Source: Candidatus Multivorans sp. (GTDB lineage Bacteria > Acidobacteriota > Thermoanaerobaculia > Multivoradales > Multivoraceae). From it: a DNA stretch of 64,000 nucleotides. Position 1 is the first letter of the stretch; every line of letters starts with the position of its first letter. A program made the translations under genes and the position numbers. The stretch covers positions 3,680,001 to 3,744,000 of the forward strand of contig OZ245033.1 of assembly GCA_965224025.1 (NCBI GenBank). Direction: 5' to 3'. Below the pieces are notes generated by a model that was given only the letters and a program-made list of their open reading frames with translations, was not told the origin of the DNA and ran no database searches. Below, in pieces: positions 19,677 to 28,476 of this stretch.

Positions 19677-22600
19677 ATGCCTCGCTTCGAGCATAGGTTA
19701 GCCCCCGCCTGCCCCGACGGCTGCTATTCCTCGGCTTGGCCGCGCTCACTGCCGGCCCGCTCTTGACCCAACCTGTACCCGATCGGCCACTCATCGTCAC
19801 GGGCACGCTCGTCGACGAGCGCGGCGTTCCCGTCGCCGGCCTGGATGCCGTGCTCCGGCCCTATCCCAGCAACTACGCGCTCGACCTTGACCTTCTCGGC
19901 CGACCGGACGCGCTGCCGGAGGCCGCAGACGGCGTCCGGACCGGCCCGGACGGCACCTTCTCCCTGTCGGCGCCCGCGATCGGGCCCTACCGCCTCGAAG
20001 TCCGGCCAGGGCCGCTAGCGACCGAACGGGCGCTCAGGATCCCCCTCGTCCACCGCGACATTCTGCCGCTCAGGGTTCCCCTGCACCTCGAACCGATTGA
20101 ACTGCCGGACCACCATCCACTGACGATCAAGGCGCTCGATCCGGACGGACGGGCAATCGAGGGCGCCTTCGTGTTCGTCTATCCCACGGCGCAGCAACCG
20201 GAAGGCCCACCCTACCGGCAGACCCACGAGCAGCCCGAACGGCTCCTTGTGGAGCTTGACGGCGCCTCCACGCGCACGGACGCAGATGGTCTGGCGCGGT
20301 TTCTGATGCCCACGAAAGAAGGACGCGTCACCGTCTCCGCGTCTGGATTTGCGCTCCGCACCGCCACCGCGACAGGCGGCCGGGCCGCCTTCCGGCTCCG
20401 TCCCGCACCGGACTTGGCACTTCGCGTCCGCAACCTGGACGGGCGACCCGCACACCGAGCCGCTATCCGCACAGTTGGCCCACGCCCGGTTCCCCTCGGG
20501 TTGACGAACGAGCAGGGCGAGGCGGTGATCGTCATCGCCGCCGATGGTCGGGCCATGTTCGAGGTGGAAACGGCCAGCGGCGCGTTCGCACGCGCTGGGG
20601 CCCGGAATCACACTTCCCGCGGAGACACGTCCCGGTCGTCGATCGTAGAAATCCAACTCCAACGACCGGCGGCGATTCCCGGGCGGATCGCGGATGCCGA
20701 GACGGGATTCGCCGTCCCCGAGGCCGTGGTCTGGGTTCGCTCCGACCCCGGACGAAGCACGGTCGCCGATGGGGCCGGCGTTTTCGAGCTGGCCGCACCC
20801 ATACGGTCTGGCGGCCTTGATATCGGCGTCGTCGCGGGCGGCTACACATCCGCGACGGCGAAAGTCACGGCAGAGCTGCTCCAGGCCTCACAGGGTGTGT
20901 CGATCGGGCTCGCAGCCGCAGCGCCCCTCGCCGGCTGGGTCGTGGACAGCTTCGAACACCCGGTTGCAGGAGCGAACATCCACATCGAGCCAAGCGGCAA
21001 GGGGCGGTTCTTCGGCACACGCTGGGGGCGGTCCGCACGCGCAACGTCGGGGCCGGATGGTTCGTTCTACATCGACAACGCTCTATACGCTAGCGCGTAC
21101 CGCCTCACCGTTGACGCTCCAGCCTTCGCCTCCGTGCAGCACGAACTGCCGCCCCTCCAGCGGAACTCTCCGGCCGCCCCGATCCGCATCGTCCTGACGA
21201 AAGGCCGACAGCCCTGGGGCACGGTCGTTGACGTGGAGCGAGCACCCGTGGCCGGCGCCCAGGTCCGGCTGCTCTGGCCGCCGGACAACCCCGAAGTTGG
21301 AAACAGCTACGGCAGCCAGGAGGCTGCACAACCGGCCAACTCGAACAACCGAGGCGAGTTCGAGTTTCCACTCGTCGCCCCAGGCCCGTACGATCTCCAC
21401 ATTCTGCACCCGGAGTACCTTGATCTGCAGGCCGAAACGGTTGGCGTGCCGCATGGCGGCGGCTACTTCGACCTCGGCGTCTTCACGCTCACGCCGGGCT
21501 CCGAGATTCGCGGCGTAGTGGTCGGCCCAAACGACAATCCCGTCAGCGGAGCCGAAGTCAGCATGAGGCAACGGACGCAGGGCCTGTCGTGGCAGGAGCG
21601 AGCCGCGACCACCGATGAAGAGGGACGGTTTCGGCTGGGCGGACTAGCGCCGGCCCCGACCGACATCATCGCGATCGCGGACGGCTACGCCCCCACGGTC
21701 GTCGAATCGGTCCGGCCCGCAACCGGCGAGCCGATCATGATCGAGATGGCCAAAGGTGCATCGGTGGCTGGATGGGTTCTGGAACCCGATGGAACAGGCG
21801 CCGCCGGAATCGAGGTTACGCTGACCCTGCCGGCGCGCGAAGTGCCCAGGGTGGCCCGGAGACTGCTTGGACAGGATCTGTTCCGCCACGGCCGGACCGA
21901 CGGCGATGGCCGCTTTCGCTTCGACAACGTGGTTCCCGCGAAGTGGACCGCCGAGGCCCGCAACGAGACCTCCGTGGCAACGCAGGAAGGAATCCAACTC
22001 ACGCACGGAGATCTGCGCGAGATCGAACTTCGGCTGAACGCTCCGGACCGGCTGACGGTCTTTGTCACGAACCACCTCGCCGAACCGGTGACAAACGCCG
22101 ATATACGAGCGAGTCCGAAAGACCGCTCTCGCAAACCGGTCTTCGGCGATACCGACGCCGGTGGCCGCGCCATCCTGTGGGTATCCCCGGGCCCCTTAAC
22201 GGTCGTGGTCGAGCATCCCGAACTACTCAGCCGTTCTCGCGAAGTCGTGATCGAACCGGGCGCCAACGAACTCAACCTACAGCTCGACACCGGCTGGGAG
22301 ATCAGCGGTACCGTCCGTTCCGGCGACGGCGCACCCATCCCCGGGGTCGCCGTCGAAGCAAGCAAACAACTAGCCGGCGAAGACGGAGACAACGAAGTGC
22401 CCGTCGTGCTGCGCAGGTTCCGCCGCATACTCGAGCCGCCGGCACGGGCCCTCTCCGACATCGCCGGCGGCTTTCGGTTGGCCGGTCTCGAACGCGGCCG
22501 CTACCGCCTCGTCGCCCGATTGGCCGGATTCACGGAAGGTGAGTTGCCGAACACGATCGAGATCAACGGCCAATCCATCGCCGACGTCACACTCGTACTT

Positions 22601-23122
22601 AAGCCCGGCGCCTCGGTTCAAGGCTTCGTGACCGGGCTCGACAGCGTCGCCTTGGCATCCGCGGAAGTCCAAGCGTGGCAGGGTGTACTGTTTCGGAGGG
22701 CCAAGCCGGGTAGCGATGGCAGCTTCGAACTCAGAGCCCTCGGTGTCGGAACTTGGCAGATGGCGGCCACGACCGGCGAACGGCAATCCCCAACGCAAGA
22801 AGTGCCCCTGGAACCCGGCGAGCAGCGCGCCTTAGTCGAACTTCGGTTCGAGATGGGGTTCCGGCTGTCCGGTCAGGTGTCGGTCACTGGGCAACCAGCC
22901 AGGGGCGGTTTCGTCAGCGCTCTTCTAAGTGGCGGACAACACCCTCGTCGAACTAGAACTGACCACCAGGGCCGGTTCGAGATGGAAGGGCTAGAGGCAG
23001 GCCCCTACGACCTGGAGTTCCGGCACGTCCTCGGCTTCAAACAGGTGCGGCAGATCGACCTTCAAGGCGACTACCACAACGTGCTGGTCAACCTGCAGCC
23101 ACGCCAGGAACCGCCGAACTAG
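19677..23122 (+). CDS. Large carboxypeptidase-regulatory-like (Cna-B-like beta-sandwich) repeat protein; probable 1-bp frameshift in the signal-peptide region
   Basis: ORF 19736-23122 has about ten GxVVDxxGxPVxGA...TDxxGxF repeats. ATG 19677 gives a clean signal peptide only if one C is added to the C5 run at 19702-19706. Confidence 0.8.
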
Positions 23123-23334
23123 CATCGGCCGGTTCAGCAGTTCGCGGGCGCTACTGCCAGAAGCTTCGGAACCGGCAACGCGAAGGCGCCGCCTCTGCTC
23201 AAGATACTGGAGACAAGTGCTCGTGCCTTCCTGGACTGACCGCCATTGCCCGCCTGTTGAGCGTTCGTAGCTCACCCAATCCACGCGGGACCACCTCCTA
23301 AACTGGCCGCACCAGTCCTTTGCGCCCGGCACCA

Positions 23335-23861
23335 CGATCAACCAGCGGGGCGCGAACCACGTCTACGACCGCATGTGGATCTACAACTCCTTCGGGTTCA
23401 AGACCTGGCGGATCGGCAACCAGGATCTGACGGTTGGAGGTCACATCACGTTCCAGACCGGCACCCCCTGGGCTCGGTCCGAGGGTGCGGGCATCAGTGC
23501 TCAAAAGACCTGCGCTCCCGGTGCCAGGCCCGCGGGACTCCGTACCTGCCCGCCGATCACGCCCTCCGACCCGACCACCGACGCACGGCCGGGCACGGCG
23601 AACGGCGGCGTTGGCGTGCGCCTGCACCCCTTCGGGGCGGAAGGACGCCGGACCTCGGACGAGTACACGATCAACCTGAGCGGCGCCTGGGGCTTCCCAT
23701 GGGCTATCGGGAAGTGCGTGGCGAACTCCGGGTCGAGGTGCTCAACGCGACCAACCAGCAGCGCCGCCGGCGCTGGGACGGTCAGGGCGAGGTCTTACCC
23801 CGTGCGCAGGTACTACCAGCGCCCGAGGCAGATGCGAGCCTCGATCAAGTTCCGGTTCTAG
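23335..23861 (+). pseudogene. Orphan 3' cassette of a third TBDR paralog (last ~175 codons) with two compensating frameshifts
   Basis: INQRGANHVYDRMWIYNSFGFKTWRIGNQDLT...QRPRQMRASIKFRF aligns with both TBDR C-termini. A base is missing near 23699 and an extra T lies near 23795. There is no 5' part. Confidence 0.9.
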
Positions 23862-23911
23862 GACCGGATCGACAGAACCTGAGGCTTAGGCCTCCGGTTC
23901 AGAGGAACCAA

Positions 23912-23941
23912 GGGGGAGAGGGCTTCGGCTCTCTCCCTCTT
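23912..23941 (+). terminator. Terminator-like hairpin after the orphan TBDR cassette
   Basis: The core GGGAGAGGGCTTCGGCTCTCTCCC is identical to the terminator at 14693; the T-tail is weaker. Confidence 0.7.
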
Positions 23942-24106
23942 CGTCGTTCATCGTCGCCGCATCCTGCCTGTCTGCGGGCCTGCAAACCCAGGTCCGCGCC
24001 CCGGAATCCGTCCAGGTCTCTGACGGCCTTCTCGCGCGCCGCTCGAAATCGGCGGGGCGCACAGAGACGGTTCACGACGGCAGACCAACGACAGGAGGAT
24101 CGGGCA

Positions 24107-24588
24107 ATGCAAGGCTATGCGGTAGAGTCGGGCGTCCAGGAAACGAGGCGCCGGCTCAAGAAGGCTGGCTTCAAGGAAGACGACCTGGAGGCAATGACCG
24201 AGGTGATCGCCGGCATGGAAGAGAGACTCGCGACGAAGGAGGATCTGGCTAGGGCGGAAGGCGTCCTGAAGCAGGACATCGCCGACGTCCGGGAAGACCT
24301 GAACCAGCTCGCGACCACCGTGGCAACGCATACGACCCGGATCGAGGGCCTGGAAAGGCAATGGAGGCTCTACGTCAGGAGGTCAGGGATCGCTTCGAGA
24401 GCTTCCGACAGGAGATTGCCGCTCAGATGGACGGCCTCCGAGGCCAGATGCACGGCCTGCGGGGAGAGATCAACGGCCTGCGGGGCGAAATGCGGACGAT
24501 CAAGTGGATCGGCGGCGCACTCTTCGCCCTGATGGTCCCGATGGTCGGAGGCATCATCGGTATCGGCCTGCGCCTGGGCCAAGGCTAG
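24107..24588 (+). pseudogene. DUF1640/CCDC90-like coiled-coil membrane-anchored protein, copy 1 (frameshifted)
   Basis: AGGAGG RBS. RRLKKAGF...LATKEDL neck, heptads and C-terminal TM (KWIGGALFALMVPMVGGIIG). One G is missing near 24357 relative to copy 2. Confidence 0.75.
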
Positions 24589-24589
24589 G

Positions 24590-25027
24590 CTTCCCGTCCA
24601 GGTCTGTCGACCGAGCGCGGCTTGCGGAGCTCGGAGAGATACGAGAGGCCGACCTGATTCGTGGCGCGCTCAACTGCCGGAGCGAGGCGGAGTTCCTGGA
24701 GTTCTGCGCGGCGCTTTGCCCGGGTACGGGTGGCTTGCCACTGTAGTTCTGCAGACTCTCTCCCCTCTTTGGCATGGCGGCGGCGACAACGAGCTACAGG
24801 CTCTTGTGACGAGCGAGCCGGTTCTGGTCTTCGGCGCCATGTCCAAGCTGCTCGCAGGAATCCTGCAAAGGAACAAAGACGATGTTCTGCTCACCCACTA
24901 CCACTCGGGCTCGAGGGACGACGACTACGGCCTTGACCCCGACCATCGCGAGGACGGTATGTGCGACTTTGAAGTGAAGAGCGACCGAGTCGCGCTGACG
25001 CTACGATTGCGCGTCGCAGAACCGTAG
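24590..25027 (+). pseudogene. 5'-truncated, probably frameshifted hypothetical gene remnant
   Basis: Two overlapping coding-like frames (...RARLAELGEIREADLIRGALNC.../...GWLATVVLQTL...LRLRVAEP*) with no start or RBS, ending 15 bp before the endolysin gene. Confidence 0.35.
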
Positions 25028-25042
25028 AACGACCCGGCGACC

Positions 25043-25486
25043 ATGCCTGAGTTCAGCGAGACCAGCGAGCAACGGCTCGCTAGTTGCCACCCCGACTTGC
25101 AGCGAGTGCTCCGGGCCGCCATCAGGGGCGGGCCCGACTTCACCGTGCTCTGCGGCCACCGATGCCAGGAAGACCAGGACAGAGCCGTCCGTGAAGGCCG
25201 CAGCCAGGTGCGGTGGCCACAGTCGAAGCACAACCAGGACCCGGCCCTCGCGGTCGACATTGCGCCGTGGCCAATCGACTGGGACGACGCCAACCGGTTC
25301 CGCGTACTGGCCGGCTACGTTCTCGGCGTGGCGGACACACTGGGCGTAGAGCTGAGATGGGGCGGCGACTGGGACCGGGACTACTCCGAGGCCGACGAAC
25401 GGTTCCGCGACCTGCCTCACTTCGAGTTGGTCGGGGATCAGCGAGCCGAACACCGTCCTTCACTGGAGGTATCGCCCGGAAACTGA
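25043..25486 (+). CDS. Phage-type M15 peptidoglycan peptidase (L-Ala-D-Glu peptidase, T5-endolysin-like)
   Basis: S..RL..CHPDL, DFTVLCGHR..E.Q, SKHN..PALAVD, RWGGDW and DLPHFEL. The Zn ligands H/D/H are present; no signal peptide. Confidence 0.85.
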   Translation: MPEFSETSEQRLASCHPDLQRVLRAAIRGGPDFTVLCGHRCQEDQDRAVREGRSQVRWPQSKHNQDPALAVDIAPWPIDWDDANRFRVLAGYVLGVADTLGVELRWGGDWDRDYSEADERFRDLPHFELVGDQRAEHRPSLEVSPGN

Positions 25487-25798
25487 GCCGCCCAAAGCGC
25501 AGAAGGTGAGCCACCCTCGGCTCGCGAGGTCGCCGAGCTCACTGCCGGCGCACGGCTGAATCCGTGCGGCGGTTCCGTCGCCGTTCGCCACCCAGGCGAT
25601 CACGCCGGCGCGGGCGGAAGCGCTGATGACGGCGACACGGAATCCGTCTTTGTCAGTGGCGGCCTTCTACGCGGATCAGGCGGTCGGCGAGCGGAAGGTG
25701 CGCCGGTCGCGATCCGTCGATCGTCGCCGTTCGAGTTGGCGACGGAAGGCATGCACCAGATGTTCACGACGGCTGCACAGTGGCAGGAGGATCAGGAA

Positions 25799-26260
25799 AT
25801 GGGAAGCTATCCAGTACACTCAGGAGTGCGGGAGACAAGGCGTCGGCTTGAGGACGCTGGTTTCAAGGGACTCCAGATGGAGGCACTGGTCGAGATGATG
25901 GCCGGCATGGAAGAAAGGCTCGCGACGAAGGAGGATGTCGCCCATGCCCAAGGCGTTCTGAAGCAGGACATCGCAGAGGTCCGGGAAGACCTGAACCAGC
26001 TCGCGACCACCGTGGCGAAAAACACGACGCGGATCGAGGGCCTGGAACGGGCAATGGAAGCTCTACGTCAGGAGGTCAGGGATCGCTTTGAGGGCTTCCG
26101 GCAGGAGATTGCCGCCAAGATGGACGGCCTGCGGGGAGAGATCAACGGCCTGCGGGGCGAAATGCGGACGATCAAGTGGATCGGCGGCGCAATCTTCGCC
26201 CTGATGGTCCCGATGGTCGGAGGCATCATCGGTATCGCCCTGCGCCTGGGCCAAGGCTAG
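25799..26260 (+). CDS. DUF1640/CCDC90-like coiled-coil membrane-anchored protein, copy 2 (intact)
   Basis: AGGAGG RBS, LATKEDV neck motif, heptad stalk, C-terminal TM; near-identical to 24107-24588. Confidence 0.75.
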   Translation: MGSYPVHSGVRETRRRLEDAGFKGLQMEALVEMMAGMEERLATKEDVAHAQGVLKQDIAEVREDLNQLATTVAKNTTRIEGLERAMEALRQEVRDRFEGFRQEIAAKMDGLRGEINGLRGEMRTIKWIGGAIFALMVPMVGGIIGIALRLGQG

Positions 26261-26353
26261 GCAGAACGCGGTTCAGGCCGGCGTTTTCGACTTCGACCTG
26301 CACGGGCCCTCGGCGCCTCTAGCGAGCCTGGTGTCTGAGCGGCGTCGCTACGT

Positions 26354-26806
26354 TCAGCGACCGCGGGCGGCGGCGGGCCGCAACGGATGTAGCCAGCGCA
26401 GGTCTGGGAACCGATCGAAATCGGCATCTGTCGAGACGAGCGTGCAGCCATGCTCGATGGCTACCGCCGCATGCTGGGCATCCGCCACCAGCTTCCCAGT
26501 GGCGGCGGACTCTCGGCAGACCCGCTCGAGAACGGCAAGGTGATCGGGACCGGGACCGACAACCCGCGCGTTCGGACGCTCCGTCAGCTCCGCCAGAAAG
26601 GCGAAGGCCTGATCGAGCGTGGACGGCGGTCCGAAGATGCGGGCATTGGTCACGATCCGGACGAAGCCCACCAGAACAAGAACCGAGAGCGCAAAGGGCT
26701 CGGGACCTGTCGCCAGCCGGGTCAACCACTCGGCGTACCGCGGATGGTCCAGACTCGAGTCCTCCCGGTGCGCGTAGATCAACACGTTGACGTCAGGGAG
26801 GAGCAC
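26354..26806 (-). CDS. vapC: VapC-family PIN-domain toxin
   Basis: LPDVNVLIYAHR, FVRIVTN, DAQHAAVAIEHG, STDADFDRF acidic PIN residues. Confidence 0.9.
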   Translation of the reverse strand: MLLPDVNVLIYAHREDSSLDHPRYAEWLTRLATGPEPFALSVLVLVGFVRIVTNARIFGPPSTLDQAFAFLAELTERPNARVVGPGPDHLAVLERVCRESAATGKLVADAQHAAVAIEHGCTLVSTDADFDRFPDLRWLHPLRPAAARGR

Positions 26807-26821
26807 GTCAGAGGCTCGCGA

Positions 26822-27079
26822 TCAACCTTTCGGTCTCCCGAGGCGGACCTCGTCCTCGGCCACTTCAAGCGCGCGGGGCCGGTCGAGGTCAACCCCCGAG
26901 CGCGGACCACCGCCGCCGACCGTCAGCAGCCGGAACGGACGCGACGCCGCGGGTTCAGGCCGTTTGATCGCATCGTCCAGGGTCTTGGCAATGAAGCGGC
27001 TCACGCTGAGTCCCCGAGCCGCAGCTTCGTGCCGTACCTGCATGGCTAGCCTGTCTTCAAGCGAGATCGTCGTCCTCAT
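26822..27079 (-). CDS. vapB: VapB-type ribbon-helix-helix antitoxin
   Basis: MRTTISLEDRL...AAARGLSVSRFI; directly upstream of vapC. Confidence 0.8.
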   Translation of the reverse strand: MRTTISLEDRLAMQVRHEAAARGLSVSRFIAKTLDDAIKRPEPAASRPFRLLTVGGGGPRSGVDLDRPRALEVAEDEVRLGRPKG

Positions 27080-27147
27080 GGTGTGAAGAGCATAACGCTG
27101 CCGCACCAATGCAGCAACACTCTGTGTGGCTCAGTAGTGGCTCAGTA

Positions 27148-27280
27148 CGATGCCTGCCTGAATCTCGCCGATCGTGACGGCGGACACGTGGAGCCGTTCA
27201 GCCGGTACACCCCGAAACCAGCGCGGGACCGCTTGGTGCGGTCGCGGGCGGCGCAATTCGGAAACGACGTTCGTGTCGAG
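27148..27280 (-). pseudogene. N-terminal fragment of a second PIN/VapC toxin
   Basis: Manual translation LDTNVVSELRRPRPHQAVPRWFRGVPAERLHVSAVTIGEIQAGI. An in-frame TGA lies immediately upstream, and the fragment ends at a tandem GTGGCTCAGTA repeat. Confidence 0.75.
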
Positions 27281-27315
27281 TCACTGTCTTCAATCATCAT
27301 GATAGTTTGAACTAC

Positions 27316-28476
27316 ATGTTCAAGCGGCGCCTGACCCTGCCAGAGTCCGGCACGGAGACTTTCTTCCTGTGGGGCCCGCGCCAAACGGGCAAGAGCACCC
27401 TTCTACGCCAAACCTACCCCCGGGGCCACTGGGTCGACCTTCTGAAGGCCGATGAGTTTCGCCGCTATCTGAGTCGGCCCGAGTTCCTGCGGCAGGAGTT
27501 GGAGGCCACAGGCGCCGACCCCGGCCGCCAGATCGTGATCGACGAGATCCAGAGAGTGCCGGCCCTGCTCGACGAGGTCCACTGGCTGATCGAGAACCGC
27601 GGGCTGCGGTTCGCGCTCTGTGGATCGAGCGCGCGCAAGGTGCGTCGCGGCGCGGCCAACCTGCTCGGCGGCCGCGCGATCCGGTACCGGCTGCACGGCC
27701 TGACGGCCCGGGAACTCGGCCGCGAGTTCGACCTCGATCGCATGGTCAACCACGGCTACTTGCCGCCTATCTACCAGGCCGAACGTCCACGACGTCTGCT
27801 TGACGCCTACGTGGGGGACTACCTGAGGGAGGAGATCGCCGCTGAAGGCGCCGTGCGGAATCTGCCGACCTTCTCCGATTTCCTCGACGCCGCCGCACTC
27901 AGCGATGGCGGGATCGTGAACTTCTCGAACATCGCACGCGACTGCGCCATCTCAAGTCCGACCGTTCGCGCCTACTTCGGCATCCTGGAAGACACACTCC
28001 TCGGGCGATGGCTGCCTGCGTATCGAAAGCAACCGAAGCGCCGCACCATTCAGGCGCCGAAGTTCTACTTCGCGGATGTCGGCGTGGTGAATCGGCTGGC
28101 GCGCCGCGGCCGGCTCGAACGCGGCGCCGAACTCTACGGCAAGGCATTCGAGAACTGGGTCCATCACGAGCTGTCGGCGTTCCTCAGCTACCGGGAGTTC
28201 GACGGCCACCTCTCCTACTGGCGGCTCACCGGCGGTTCCGAAGTCGACTTCATCGTCGGCGACATGCAACTCGCTGTAGAGGCCAAGGCCAGCCCCCGCA
28301 TCAGCCGCCAGCATCTCAAGGGGATCCGGAACCTTGCGCGGGACCACCCGGACGTCGGTCGTCGGCTCGTGGTCTGCCTCGAACCGAGGGCCCGGCTCAC
28401 CGACGACGGGATCGAGGTGATCCCCGCGGAGCAGTTCATTCACCGCTTGTGGCAAGGGGAACTCTTCCAGCCATGA
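27316..28476 (+). CDS. AAA_14-family ATPase with DUF4143 domain
   Basis: Walker A GPRQTGKST, IDEIQ, GSSARK, PKFYFADVG, YWR..G.EVDF..EAKAS. Confidence 0.9.
   Translation: MFKRRLTLPESGTETFFLWGPRQTGKSTLLRQTYPRGHWVDLLKADEFRRYLSRPEFLRQELEATGADPGRQIVIDEIQRVPALLDEVHWLIENRGLRFALCGSSARKVRRGAANLLGGRAIRYRLHGLTARELGREFDLDRMVNHGYLPPIYQAERPRRLLDAYVGDYLREEIAAEGAVRNLPTFSDFLDAAALSDGGIVNFSNIARDCAISSPTVRAYFGILEDTLLGRWLPAYRKQPKRRTIQAPKFYFADVGVVNRLARRGRLERGAELYGKAFENWVHHELSAFLSYREFDGHLSYWRLTGGSEVDFIVGDMQLAVEAKASPRISRQHLKGIRNLARDHPDVGRRLVVCLEPRARLTDDGIEVIPAEQFIHRLWQGELFQP

Noticed and set aside
18270-23861. Diversity-generating retroelement (TBDR 3' end as variable repeat, orphan copy as template repeat)
   Set aside because: No reverse transcriptase or Avd in the window. 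Differences include indels and all base types rather than adenine-specific substitutions.
23375-24532. 385-aa ORF as a TBDR/coiled-coil fusion protein
   Set aside because: It reads through the frameshifted cassette, a terminator hairpin and an intergenic region. The coiled-coil gene has its own RBS and ATG at 24107.
25487-25645. Possible structured ncRNA or riboswitch after the endolysin
   Set aside because: Several GC-rich hairpins, but no recognisable family motif or second copy to show covariation. An Rfam/Infernal search would be needed.
28008-28472. N-terminal extension of the CRTAC1 ORF
   Set aside because: Overlaps the AAA gene in another frame. The ATGA-coupled start at 28473 gives a proper signal/lipobox.
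24000-28476. Prophage
   Set aside because: Only an endolysin-like gene and DUF1640-like genes; no integrase, terminase, capsid, tail or replication genes.
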